Below, piece after piece: positions 40,351-53,451 of a stretch of 64,000 bases of DNA. This DNA comes from the human T2T-CHM13v2.0 reference genome, Homo sapiens. Location: NCBI RefSeq assembly GCF_009914755.1, contig NC_060934.1; one strand, given 5' to 3'. Position numbers and translations under genes: made by a program. Numbering within the stretch: the first letter of the stretch is position 1; the number at the start of each line of letters is the position of its first letter. The notes below the pieces were generated by a model, which saw only the letters and a program-made list of their open reading frames with translations, searched no databases and was not told the DNA's origin.

Positions 40351-42408
40351 TAACCAAGTAACAAATTTAAGAGTGACTCTTCCAAACTGGGAAATTTCAA
40401 AACAAAATAAGCCTGAAGAATTGTTAAAAGAATCTAGTCAGTCAAAACTGAATAAAGAGTATTTTCAGAAACGCTTGATAGCTCATCTATAATGGAAAAA
40501 CAAACCCCCATGTCCAACTGTTCTCACAGTGGGTCACACAAAAAGTGTAACGGGAGTGGAGAAGAACCAGAAATGAGAAGAAGACAAGTCCTAAAGGTAG
40601 GTAAGTGTACAATTAGGTAATTGTGTCCTGTTTCATAGGAAACAAGAAACCATGCATGGGACAAGAATCTAATGAAGGATAGGTACGTACAATACAATTG
40701 TTTCCTACAAAAATAATTTTTAATAAAATCTCTCTGTAGATCTTATTCAAGTTATGAACCTTTCATCTTCAAACAGTAAAGATATACACACATTCACAAG
40801 CTGTTTTATTTACAAATCTATGACATCTGCAAAACTTTTAAACAAAGGACTCCACATTAATAACACCTAGATTATGATTGTCTCATCAGCTCCACTGCTT
40901 CAAGAGAGGAACTACATCAGAGAATTAAGGGAGCTCCTTGCATTGGGTTCTAAGCAGTTCAGTCCCAGCTGTCTGGTTGTAGCATGAGATTCTTACTGGT
41001 AGAGCTTAGTATCCATCTGCTAATAAAGAGACAAACAAGAATCGTCCCCGGATGCCTGTGCCAACTGAACATTTCACCAAAAACAATTAAATCAAATTTT
41101 TCTTGCGAATTGTTAAAGTAGCTTGAGGCAGTGTCACTTACATGGCCTCAAATAATGTCTCCAGTGTTGCAGAAACAACTATTTTCTCTCTGCACTAGAT
41201 GAAGAAGGGCTGGGTTTATTTTTTCCCCTTCTCTTCCCTGAGCAAATCCCCATAACAAATAAAGTTACACTTCAAGACCGGATTACTCAGACTATTGGCT
41301 TTGCATGCCAATGTTTAAGTAAAAATGATACTTCTGAGAATTCAAATAATGTTTAAGTATTTCCAGGCTACAGTTCTACTTGCATTTGTCTTGGCACCAG
41401 CTCACCATGAATGTGTCAGGTTTTCAAAAAGATGACTGTTTAGTCATAGTTGGATGTCTTCATCCAATGTCTCACATGTGCTGAATATGTTTCTATTGCC
41501 TTCTTGCCTACTGTCATTTGGTAAAGAGTTCACTGCGCCATTAGCTATACAGTTTTTTGATAGGAGCCTGCAATCTCTTCTAGAAATGGTCTTATTTTGT
41601 TTAAGAGAGAAAAATTTAAAAAGAGAATGAATGAGAGAGACAAAAAGAGAAAGCTTAAAAATTCAATAAAATACAAAAGATGTTACAAAATTTATGATAA
41701 TGTAAATAATCGATCATTTATCAACTAACTCTCCCAAAAGCTTCAGCCCTGGCCTTGTTTTCATTTCAAGTGTGTTCATTTTACAAGTGTCAGAAAATAA
41801 CATTTTGTAAATGACACAGTAAATTACATTATCTTAAAGATTACACCCTTAATTTTTTTAAACTCTCAAAAACCATTCCTTCTTTTCTCCCCTCCACCCC
41901 AGTTCTATGTCTTCTAAGGTACATTATCAGATGAACAGAAAAGTTCACATTTCTTGTAGATACCTGTTTGTACTTTTTGATGATTACCTACCTGAATAAA
42001 TATATTATAGTCCATACATCTATCATCTAAGAAAATATAAGAGGAGACACTGGTAACACATAAACTATCTTAACATTATTTGAAGCTCAAAAATTTCTTT
42101 TTTCATAAAAGAAACTATTTCAGGCCTTGTGGTCAAAACAGTGTGGGAGATATTTTAGGGTACTCAAGGGTGTCTTTAAATTTCATCATTCATTTCATGA
42201 TTTGGGAGATAATAGTGCTAAGATTCTCTGTGGTGGCGGGTATGGATTCAACGGTGCATGATTGCTGTCTCTTACTTGACAAGATTTCCAGCTATAAAAT
42301 ATGTGAGTAAATGATGTTGGATATTATACAATGGATATTAAAAAATTGGAAGGGAACTCTGATTTGAGATGTGATTATTTTTCAGCCTTTAAAAATATAT
42401 AACTAACA

Positions 42409-42642
42409 TTTTTTTTCCTTTGTTTTTTCCTCCCAGGTTCAAGTGATTCTCCTGCCTCAGCCTCCTGAATAGCTGGGACTAAAGGCATGCACCACCATGT
42501 CCAGCTAGTTTCTGTACTTCTTTTAGTAGAGTCGGGGTTTCACCATATTGGCCAGGCTGGTCTCAAACTCCTGACCTCATGATCCACCCTCCTCAGCATC
42601 CCAAAGTGCTGGGATTACAGATGTGAGTCACCGTGCCCGGCC
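42409..42642 (-). mobile_element. AluSc/Sg-like with the distal right arm missing but T-tail present
   Basis: T-tail joins directly to 'cctcccaggttcaagtgattctcc'; 'cctgacctcatgatcc'; decayed TSD actaacat/actgacat. Confidence 0.92.
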
Positions 42643-42879
42643 TACTGACATATTTTTAATAAATATTTCTTAATAATCATATATAATGCTCTAAAATATT
42701 TCACTAGGGGTTAGGAAGTTATTTTTATGTGAATAAAATTCCTCCTGGATAAATATATGTCTTCTTATTTTGCCCTCCGTTGATACTGGGGACAACTATC
42801 TACTGTGGTTTTGAAATACAGGTTTATGAGTTTTAGGGATATATTATTTTGTTTTTATATGCACAGGGGATGCCAAGAT

Positions 42880-43490
42880 ATTTAAAATTCCTGGAAGAAA
42901 GCAATATTATAGATAGAGAAAGCAGATCAGTGACTGCCTAGGTGTATTAGTATGTTTTCATGCTGCTGATAAAGGCATACCTGAGACTGGGCAATTTACT
43001 AAAGAAAGAGGTTTATTGGACTCACAGTTCCACATGGCTGGGGAAGCCTTATAATCATGGTGGAAGACAGGTAGGAGCAAGTTACATCTTATATGGATGT
43101 CAGCACTCAAAGAGAGCATTTGTGTAGGGAAACTTCCTTTTTAAAAACCATCAGATCTCATGAGACTCATTCATTATCACGAGAACAGAGCAGGAAAGAC
43201 CCACCCCCGTAATTCAATCACCTACCACTAGGCTCCTCCTATGACACATGGGAATTGTGGGAGTTATAATTCAAGATGAGATTTGGGTGGGGACACAGCC
43301 AAACCATATCACCAGGGCCATGGGTAGGAGCAGAAAATGACTGCAAAGTGTCATGTGAAACTTGATAAGGTTATAGAAGTGCTCTCAGACTGCATTGTGC
43401 TGATGCTTAAACAGCTGTATAAACTTAGTAAACAATCATTACTCTATATAGTTACAGTGGGTGGATTTTACGGTATATATTCCTTAATCA
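42880..43490 (+). mobile_element. Old L1 (L1MB/MC) 3'UTR interrupted by THE1C
   Basis: 'gatagagaaagcagatcagtgactgcc', 'tgactgcaaag', 'gggtggattttacggtatat'. Confidence 0.7.
42943..43311 (-). mobile_element. THE1C-like solo LTR (ERVL-MaLR)
   Basis: 'tgtattagtatgttttcatgctgctgataaag' to 'ggacacagccaaaccatatca'; TSD ctagg/ccagg. Confidence 0.95.
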
Positions 43491-43663
43491 AGCGGTACAT
43501 GTATATATATAGATATATACTTACATATATGTATTTATGTGTTTTATATATAAAAGCTGTGTATGTATGTGTGTATATATATATAAAAAAATATACATAC
43601 ATGTGTTAAGCATAAACTCTATGATTGAGCTGTCATATAATTACCACACTATTGGCGTACTAT

Positions 43664-43797
43664 ATGGTGTACACTGCAATCTGCTTCATGGTGAACCTGC
43701 TTATCCTTCTGAGCACTTTTATTAATCTATAGGAAGTGCATGTTTTGGGAAATACATACAGTTCTGTGATAGGTTAGGTATAGCTTACCTTAAAGTA
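43664..43797 (+). repeat. 134-bp dispersed direct repeat, copy 1 (partner 45875-46008)
   Basis: Ungapped alignment, 9 mismatches. Confidence 0.96.
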
Positions 43798-44230
43798 TTG
43801 TAAAACCTTAGATGAATTCTATACATTTCAAAAAATAATGTGGCTTTTTTTCAGTAGAATTTAGCTACCTTCACATAACCCTACAAGTTAACAAAATATA
43901 TAGCTTTTTGATGGTGTATAAGTGCATTTCTTGGGACAATATATTAAACTGTCCATAATGGATTTATGTATTGGGAAAAGTTTAAAATTGTTTTAAGGCT
44001 ACTTGTTTATGGCCAAAGAACAATTCATCTTTTTCTTTTGTTAAATTTAAAACGAGAACTTTTTCAACAAAGGTTTATGGCTCTCTGTCTTCTAGGCACA
44101 TGCCAGGATGGCACACCCTGGCTTCTACATTCTTGGATAGGGTCAGGTGACTAAGAACAGAGTCATGCCTGTCACCTGTCTGCTGAAGGATTTAATCTCT
44201 TGTAAGACTTGATAAAACTTTCTTTTCCAG

Positions 44231-44368
44231 AGGCTAGATATATAGGAGGTTGTGGCTGCTCCAGCAGCTTGGATTCAGAGTGAGAAGGCATAAAGGAGAA
44301 TCCCCAGCTGACTTGTGCAGTGGTTAATTGAAATTATTCAGGCAAGAGATGATGGTGTCTTGGACCAG
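44231..44368 (+). other. Candidate internal exon (138 nt) of a non-coding transcript
   Basis: 'ctttcttttccag|AGG' acceptor and 'CAG|gttggt' donor inside the L2 end. Confidence 0.3.
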
Positions 44369-44710
44369 GTTGGTAATAAGGGAGGTGGTAAGGACTGGTC
44401 GGATCTGGGATATGATTTGATGGTAAAGTTGACAAGATCTACTGATAAGTTGGATATGCTTTATGAAAGAAGATGTAAATCAAGGATGAAGTAAAAATGT
44501 TTGGTATAGCAATTGGAAGATTAAAGTTGCCTTTTACTGAGACGAAGAGGACTTGTAAAGAAACAAGTTTAGAGTGAAAGACAGAAAATTAGGTTTCGAC
44601 ACTGTTAATTTTGAGAAGTCTATTAAAAATCCAAGTAGAAATGTCCATTAGCGGTTATATACATAAGTTTGTAGTTAAAGGGTGATGTCAGCATTGATAT
44701 GTGAATTTAC
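44330..44710 (-). mobile_element. L2 remnant
   Basis: 'attcaggcaagagatgatggtgtcttggaccagg', 'ggatctgggatatgatttga', 'ttttgagaagtctatta'. Confidence 0.82.
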
Positions 44711-45874
44711 AGTCTAAAATTTCTCCCTAGTTCAGTGTAATTCAACTTTTATGATGTAAATGTGATTATGAGCCTTTTAAAAATGGAAAGATTCTGAATG
44801 CAGTAAATTCTTTCATGGAATAAAAATCTATCATATATGTGTAAAGGAACTAACTACATAATGAAGTATATGAATTAAACTCTTCATGTGAGTCTTATTC
44901 CGTCTTAAATAATGAATGAAAGGAAAAGTTGGTTAAGTTAATTAACACTTCGTTAAAGAATAAAAAGGCATGACGATAGTTTTAGGAATGGCATGACACT
45001 GAGATAAAGCAGTAAGTTATCTGTGGAGACCATGGGGAGAGTCCTCGCAAGGTTACCATGACTTTGACAATGACCATGGTTGTATTTCACTAAGAAACTT
45101 TAAGGGGGAAAAAATATAAAGGAAGAGGGAGATAAGAAAATCGGATAGGTAATTATGCGAAGGTCTTCAGTGAGGATCATGTGGTTTCCAGAAGGTCAAA
45201 AGGCGAATTGTGTAATCAAAATGGCTAAAATAAGAGTTAACCCTAAATGTATTGTCACTTTTCAAACTGACATAAAAGAAAATTTAAAAGGCTGATAGTG
45301 GTTGTAAGAAGATAATTAGAAGGATAGCCACAGACCATATTAAAGGTAGCTAGATAGCAACGCTAATTAAAAACGTTTACAATCTAGGAATACAAATGCC
45401 TCAAAGTAAGAACTACACTAAAACAAATGCAAAAAAAAAAAGAAATCTAAAAGTAGTTATAATGAACATAATTTGAGTTTCTTGTACTACAAGTCAATAT
45501 AAATATCACAATTTAAAATCTTTGGAAATAGTATATTTCTTAAGTTGGCATCCTTCATTTTCTCACCAAAAAATTCTTAACTTTTTAACATGAACATTCT
45601 TTGGTATTAGTTGAATTTTAGGATTGTTTGATGGGTTCCAGCCTCTGTTGTCACTACACGGAACGTTGGCAGATACTTTTGATGCACGAAAGACTAGCAT
45701 AAACTTGTACCTGAAAACGATATTTTACTGTCTCAAGTTCTAAGATGATGCACAGAGAGAGCTATCATCATGTTTATTAAATCAATGGTGCCACTTATTT
45801 GCCAAACCAATATAAAAGCAAATATGCTTGAGGCACTTGAGTAATTAAATCTGTTGGGAAAAAGTCCAAAAGGA

Positions 45875-46008
45875 ATGGCGTACACTGCAATCTGCTTCAT
45901 GGTGAACCCGCTTATCCTTCTGAGCACTTTTATTAATCTGCAGGAAGTACATGTTTTGGGAAATACGTACAACTCTGTGATAGGTTAGGTACAGCTTACC
46001 TTAAAGTA
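45875..46008 (+). repeat. 134-bp dispersed direct repeat, copy 2
   Basis: Matches 43664-43797 at 125/134. Confidence 0.96.
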
Positions 46009-47034
46009 GAGTAATTGACTAGTCCTTTTCCATATTTATAAAACATATCACAAAAAAATCTACCTGGAAGGTTTTATATAGTGGAGACAATCGTGAATTT
46101 TCTAAGCTTGCTGGAAATCTTAAAATGTAATTCCCTGTAAGTTTAAGTTAATTAAGACATTTGTTTCGAGAATTTTTAAAATAACTTTTTAACACTTTTA
46201 TGTAGTCCTTTATATTGAAGTTTTCACATCCAATTACATTTATGAATCAGCTGACATATTTTTACTTTTTCCTTACCTTATTTCTATAAACTAGATGTTT
46301 AATTTCATCCCATGATAACATAATTTGTACACTGATTTCATGCCATGATGAAATAATTTTTATACCTAGTCTCTTAAATGTCATTATACCAAATTAAAAT
46401 TTAGAGATAGGATAGTAGGCAAAAGGCCTTTCTTGAAAAACATTACTTTCACATTTTTGATGATGTTTTTGATCTCCAAAATAAACTTTTGGAAAACATT
46501 TGCATGTACTCACAATCCTCTTAATTTCAGGAATCGACTAGATCATGATAAGTCCATTGGGTTGTTTTCTGTTTATAGGTAAACACTTCAGAGCCTATTT
46601 TTCAAAACTAAATATTTTCATAACAAAATACATGGAAAGTATTATTTCTAGGTAATACTGAAATCTCTTGTCAAGCACTGGTTTCTACAGGAGTCTATAT
46701 CACTTATTATAAAAATGTTTAAAGATACTTAGATTGAAAAACTGTAGGTTTCTATTCTAGAAATAGAATATTGGTCTTTACATTTTAAAGGCTCAACAGC
46801 AAACAACAATATACAAAGTTAGTGTTACCAGTATTTTGTTCTTATTCTTGAATTACAGTTAGAATTGGGCAACTGAGAAATCTGAGACATTCAGAAATAA
46901 AGACAAGAATAATAATATTGGTTTTCTTAATCATCTATCCTTATCCCTTCTTCCCATTTCTGCCCAAAGATTCAAGACCCTTCTATTAAAGCAATACATT
47001 CTTATATATTCTGATGTTGTCTTTTCTACTTCAG

Positions 47035-47345
47035 GGGATGAGGAAGGCTACAAAATGTGTCTACCTGTATTCTGTGAGGAGAACGTGTTCCCTGGTTTTA
47101 GATACTGTGAAGATGGATCAGGAGAGAGTTTATCTAGACTGTTGGGGAAAGGTGTTGCGATTCCTTCAGCTACACAGGATTGAAAGGAGACATTTCTGAA
47201 GGGGAAAAAGGAAATGAAAGAAAAGATGTTTCAGATTGAGGATATGCTGTGTGGTGAACTTGTTCTTCACTCTGTAGGGTTCACAAATGACTCTTCACTG
47301 CCCTCTTGGATGAAATAAACTGGTTCCCATAGAAATGGACCGTCT
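47035..47345 (+). other. Candidate terminal exon with AATAAA (47314-47319)
   Basis: Branch-like 'ttctgat' and 'gttgtcttttctacttcag|G' acceptor; non-repeat purine-rich body; poly(A) signal. Confidence 0.35.
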
Positions 47346-47719
47346 CTGATTTCACAGTCTAGAGCACACAAATAACTCAACTTTCTGGAAGCAAGGGTGA
47401 TGGCTCGTGAGAGCTCAAGGACAAGGAGGAGTCTGTAGAAGCACACCTGGACTCGGGGAAATCATTGACCTCTCATCCTGAATTAAGTAGCGCTTGAAAA
47501 GACTCTCTTTGAATCAGAAAAATAATGCGAGCTCCTATCAAACTACCTTACACAGCCAACTGAGTGATCATAGGCTTGGGTGGAAAAAATGTAATTCGTA
47601 GAACCTTTTAAGAGCTAAGATTCCTTAATCAACATGGATACCGTCTTGTTGAATGACACCGAACTGTGCTGCGCAGGATTCGGTTGCATGGTGGCTGGAG
47701 CTGCCTCTCTGGGACCCAA

Positions 47720-47920
47720 ATCTCAGACCTGCTGCAAAGTGACTATATGATCTGCAAGTTGCTAACCCTTCTAGGCTTTTGTTTTATTATTTACATAATG
47801 AAGTGAGGGGAATATGTTCCTTGTAAATTTGTTAAGAGGATTAAATTAGTTCATGTCAAATGATTTAGAACACTGTCTGCCACATATTAAGGACTCAACA
47901 AATACTACCTATTATTAACA
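47720..47920 (+). mobile_element. MIR
   Basis: 'ttgttaagaggattaaattag...ttagaacactgtctgccacata...ctcaacaaatactacctattatt'. Confidence 0.8.
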
Positions 47921-48040
47921 ATGTGCCCTAAATCTGTAAATCACTCAATAATACATGGCATTAGGCTAAATATGGAAGGTAGAAGGAAATAAATTGTCCA
48001 GAAGCTAAAAATATGAAAGACTCTTCATATATTTAAAATA

Positions 48041-48354
48041 TTTTCTTTAATTCTTTTGTTTTTTTCTTTTTTGAGACAGAGTCTCGCTCCGTCACCCAGG
48101 CTGGAGTGCAGTGGCATGTTCTCGGCTCGCTGCAGCCTCTGCTTCCTGGATTCAAGTGATTCTCCTTCCTCAGCCTCCCAAGTAGCTGGAATTACAGGCA
48201 TGTGCCAACATGCCGAGCTAATTTTTTTATTTTTTGTAGAGATGGGGTTTCACCATGTTGCCCAGGCTGGTTTCAAACTCCTGACCTCAAGTGAGCCACC
48301 CACCTTGGCCTTCCAAAGTGCTGAGATTACAGGCTTGAGTCACTGTGCCCAGCC
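48041..48354 (-). mobile_element. AluS
   Basis: Full antisense dimer. Confidence 0.96.
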
Positions 48355-48654
48355 TGAAATATCTTCTTCACATCTTTTCATATGCATATTTGTTTTTACA
48401 AGTACATAAATATACATTTTTGATATAACTTGGAATCTTGCATTTTCTAACTCAATGTAAGTATTTTTCTTCTCTTTTACCTATATAAATATAAATATAT
48501 ATATATATACTTAGATGATATATTTACATACTTATTTTACTTAATAAGTATTTTTCTATTATCAATAGTTAAAATTCCACTATGGTTTATGCCATTTATT
48601 AAATGTCACTTTCCCTTCTCAAAAAAGTCTCATACTGTTTAAAAACATTAAATC

Positions 48655-48676
48655 GTGTGTGTGTGTGTGTGTGTGT
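48655..48676. repeat. (GT)11 microsatellite
   Basis: Direct reading. Confidence 0.93.
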
Positions 48677-48872
48677 CTGCTTGGCATTGCCTTTGATTCC
48701 ACTGAGCTACCCATTTCGTCTTGCAAGAAAATCTTCCTATTTTAGTGACTATAGCTTTGGTGCATTTATTCATGTTTTATATTGTTGGACTCTTGGACTC
48801 TATCACTTGATAACCATGATTTAGCTGTTCTCTTTTTATTTTTTCTCTAGATTCATAAACAAATTCATGTAA

Positions 48873-49325
<453 letters not shown>

Positions 49326-49609
49326 TAATTTCTTAAAATCTGTTTTCATGAATCCCTGTAAATATTTCAGTAGTGTTTTCTATTTATTTATATCTCCTTA
49401 TTTTTATACAAATAAGAAAAAATAATAAAGATAAGATGGGGAGGGGTTTGTTTTTGTTTATCTTCTGTGATCTTTTAAAAATTTATAATTTCTAGCTGGG
49501 TATTTTTGATGTATGGTGCTGCTGTTTTTAGAAATTCATCTCATCCTCAATTTATTCTCTGAACTCATTAGTTAATCTTAAGAACACCTGTCAGTTTTTT
49601 AAAAATATG

Positions 49610-49716
49610 TTTTTAATAGGCTTTATCTTTTAGAGTGTTTTAGGATCACAGCAAAATGAGTCGAAGGTACAGAGAGTTCCCATAGACTCCTGCCCCCTCC
49701 CACAGACAGACTACCC
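49610..49716 (-). mobile_element. L1MC-like extreme 3' fragment
   Basis: 'ttttagagtgttttaggatcacagcaaaatgag...gtacagagagttcccata'. Confidence 0.75.
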
Positions 49717-49879
49717 TAGAATATTGTAAAAGGATCTATCAGTCATTTTCCTCACCTCTCTTATAGATGTCTCTCTTCAACAGTGAGATTTTTTCCGTAA
49801 CTCTCTGTAGCAGGACTGGGCTTGTTTGCACTCAAATCCATGACTCATTGTTTCTCTGCCTTTCCGTGTGTTACAGGTG

Positions 49880-50321
49880 GGCTGATCCCCCTGCAGCCAG
49901 TTTCCCATAAGCAACTGACTTCCAACTGGGAATGTCTCGGGGGATAATGGGGGTGGGGATATGGAAGTATAGAGAAAACATAAGAAAATACTGGGTGTAT
50001 ACACCTTTCTCTCTCTGAGTATGATGACAATGTGATAGTCAGTGTGGCATCTGTGACTCCAGCTTGTGCCTGGCAGGTACACCCTAGCTCCAGCTTCCCC
50101 TGGGAGACTGTGCATCTCCTGGCTCCACTAACACCACCTTCTTCTGACCTTCCAGCCTAGAGATGATGACTCTGCCAGCCTAGATGGGCTCTGGGTTGTC
50201 TCCCTATTCCTGTTTGCTTTGTAGATTTCCCATTATGCTGCCACCAACTCCCCAGCCTAAGCCCTCTCTATTTTAAATTCTCAAGTGGATTATGTTCCTG
50301 ATTAGTCCCTGACTGATATAC
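49880..50321 (+). mobile_element. Possible ancient ERVL-type LTR remnant (LTR16/LTR33-like)
   Basis: GC-richer block ending 'tgttcctgattagtccctgactgata', typical of ERVL LTR 3' ends; left boundary uncertain. Confidence 0.4.
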
Positions 50322-50369
50322 CACTCTCCTCATGATCTCTGATTAGTTTTCCTGTTAGGTTGTTGCAGT

Positions 50370-50395
50370 AAAAAAAAAAAAAAAAAAAAAAAAAA
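50370..50395 (+). repeat. A26 homopolymer not attached to an Alu or L1
   Basis: Direct count. Confidence 0.97.
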
Positions 50396-50934
50396 GTTTT
50401 CAGACCAACCACCACCTACAAATAATTTACTATGACCACCTAAAAAGATTTTCACAGGAGCCCTACCATGTGCAATGGTGAAGAAAGTTGTGGGTACCTT
50501 GGTGGAAGGGGTCACAGATAAGTCTTTTCATTGTAACATCATCTTTTTTCTCCAAGAGTGCCACTGTATGGAGGTGACACAGAGAGACGTAGAAGGACAG
50601 ATCTCAGACAATTTCATAAAATAATTTCATATTTTTTACAGAACTGAAAGGATGGCACTTAAAAATAGGAGTAATCATTTATTCACTGGTAAATTTCCTT
50701 CTGCCAATGCTCTATTGATTGTCTTTACAAGACAATATAAGATGCAAAGCATCACTCATTGGAGCATTTCCCTAATGTTGAACTGAAGACCTGGTCTACT
50801 AAACTTGTTATCAAAGTTTATTGAGATTCGATGCATCACTGATATGCCATCCTAGATATGCAGAGTAAGAGTGGCTATGTTTCTGGGTGTACAAATCATT
50901 CTATCGATTAAATGCCACATTACACACCAGACGA

Positions 50935-51050
50935 TCAGCTCCATAAAGCAAAGGCTGTGTCTGTGCTGTTAGCTGCTGTACACCAGCCCTTCAAGGACCG
51001 CCTAATGTGGAGGAGATTCTGAAATATTTGTTGAACAAAAATGAATGAAT
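50935..51050 (+). mobile_element. L2 3' end
   Basis: 'aaatatttgttgaacaaaaatgaatgaat' terminus. Confidence 0.7.
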
Positions 51051-51195
51051 ACAAGAGTTGGCTTGAAGAACCTACTTTGAAAATTACCTCATGATGGATG
51101 CTGGGGATGTGGAAGGAGGGGGGGGGGGACATTTACCTGCTTCCCAGTGTGGAAGCTGTCTTTCTTCACCTTCTCACATTTAAAAGGAGTGGCTG

Positions 51196-51352
51196 GGCCA
51201 TGCACAGTGGCTCACATCTATAGTCCCAGAGCTTTGGAAGACCAAGGCAGGAGGAACACTTGAGCCTAGGAGTTGGAGGTTGCATGCAGTGAGCTGTGAT
51301 CCCGCCAATGCACTCCAGCCTGGGCTACAGAGCAAAACTCTATCTCAAAAAA
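51196..51352 (+). mobile_element. Alu monomer (FRAM-like)
   Basis: Single arm 'gtggctcacatctatagtcccag...gcagtgagctgtgatc...gcactccagcctggg' plus short A tail. Confidence 0.85.
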
Positions 51353-52049
51353 TAGGCCACTTTAACTCTGCACTGTGACTCCCCACCAACTCCGCACACC
51401 CACAGTAACGTAATTATGAATTGTGCATTTGCAATGGAAGTTTCAGAAGGGATTCCATTTTGTAAGTTAAAAAACAAAACAAATTAAATAGTAACTAAAG
51501 CACTTGAACCTCCTCCCAAAAGAGTGGTTTCTTATTTAATGGCTGGCACAAAGCAAAGTATTTGTTGAATGGAAAATGATACAAATGCTCTCAGAGTAGG
51601 AAAAAATAACCCATTTTTTCTCTCTTTTTCTTAAGAAACTTCAGAGCCAGTTGAAGTATTCATGAACAGAATGACTGATTTTCTATATGTGGGTAACACC
51701 TTTCAGTAGGCTAAAACTCAAATTTGAGTTTTATGAAAATACAACTATTCTTTGTTGATTTATGTGCATTAAAGCTTAGGAATATCTATAGCAGTTCAAT
51801 TATTTACATCTTGGTTCTTTGGGTTTTTGTTTTTTTGTTTAAAAGAAAGACTTAGACTTTGGGTTTTCCAGCATAGAAGTTCCAACCTCATTTGAGCTGG
51901 CAACAGACACACTGGTGCCCCAATGCACAGTTTTTTAATGACTTTCTCTGTTCTGTCTTCATTGTCCCATTTTCCGTCATCTCCTTGGTGACCAGTAGAG
52001 ACTTACTGTTGCTTTCCTTAGGTCTAACTAAGCCGCAGAACAGGATGTT

Positions 52050-52235
52050 GAATCCAGCACATTGCAATACTTGCCTATCAACAGAGGACATGGTGAGTTT
52101 CCTCATCCATAAAACAGAGTTAATTAAACCTATGCCCTTGCTAATCACAGGGATGCATTTTGAATTAAAAGAATCATATTTTTTTAAAAAAATTGGGCTT
52201 CATAAAGAAAGAACTTGCATAAACACAAGCTATTA
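52050..52235 (+). mobile_element. MIR
   Basis: Core 'agtttcctcatccataaaacagag', end 'agctattatcattat'. Confidence 0.7.
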
Positions 52236-53292
52236 TCATTATAAGTGGGTTGATTTATTACTGAAACCACACCTGCATCACTCTAAACAACCCACCTGCT
52301 TGTTTTTGTTAATTTTTTTTTTTTTTTTTGCGCAATACCAGCTTTCACCCTGTCCTCTGCACTGCTTAGCCTTGGCTCTGCTGAGTTGTGCAACACATTC
52401 TGAGAGATGCCATACAATGCTCCAGGCAAACTTATAGAAAAACAGGAATGAGTGATTTTATACGGGATGTGTTTCAGCTGTCCAATTCAAAATAAATCAC
52501 GTCCAGGTGCATTCTTTCCTAATTTGTGACCCAAACTGCTTGCACTTTATACATTAATGAATTATTTTTTTAAAAGAAATTAGCTCTATCATGAAGACAG
52601 TGCTATCTAACCCTTTGTGGTCTTTCTCCCTTAAAAAGCAATTGTTACCATTTTATAGGTGTTAGGTTTAATCTACATATTTGAATGAAGCTGAAATGAA
52701 CTAACGTATGTCAACCAGTAAAAGCAGGACACTTAATAATAATGCTTCCATGAAAATATACATTGTGCATATGTAGGCTCTTTTTGGCATTACCAAATTT
52801 GCCAAGAACTTTCTTCTATAAATTAAATTCATTATCAAAACTACTTAGTGAGCCAGCCTTTAAAATTCCCATTAAATTTTTTGAACAACTTTAATTAAAA
52901 TCTTCTGAATTCCTAGTGTGTTTCTCTTTCAATTTATGAAGAAAATACTTTAGTCTAAACCCATAGGATTACAAGCCTATAACACCATTTATAATCACAG
53001 GGCTTGAGATAGCTGTCACCGTTTTAAAGTCATCTCATCTTTAATGCAATGTTTTAAGCTGACGAAAATGGAAATGGTTCCAATCAGGAAAATAATATTT
53101 CATAGAAACGATGACTTATTCTTCCCTCCAATAGTGTTAATCAGATTTCATTTATTTTTATAGCATGCCAGGCATTAGCATTACCCTCTAGACACAGTCC
53201 CCTTTCTATTTGTCCTTGGATAAGTTATCTGCTGTATTAGGATAACTTTCTTCCTCAAGATAAATGTTTCCTGATAAAACAATATTATTAAC

Positions 53293-53451
53293 CTGCAGCA
53301 ACTGCAATGTGAAATAAATGCAGTTGTCAAGTCAGCTTTGAAGTGGGGGAAGAACAGTGACAGATTTAAAAACCGCGGTACTGTTCGCTGCTTTTCTTGA
53401 GTTCATTTGTCTTTCCAATGATCGTATATGATTGAATAGTAGAGAAGGCAC
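53293..53451 (-). other. Candidate minus-strand non-coding exon (159 nt)
   Basis: Minus strand 'ggcttctacttgcag|GTG...GCTGCAG|gttaat'; all three frames contain stops. Confidence 0.2.

Noticed and set aside
40460-40610. Exon ending at 'AAG/gtaggtaagt'
   Set aside because: The donor is strong but the only nearby acceptor ('gtattttcag') is weak; insufficient support.
51892-52437. 181-aa ORF
   Set aside because: Non-ATG start, runs through a MIR and a poly-T run, no recognisable protein.
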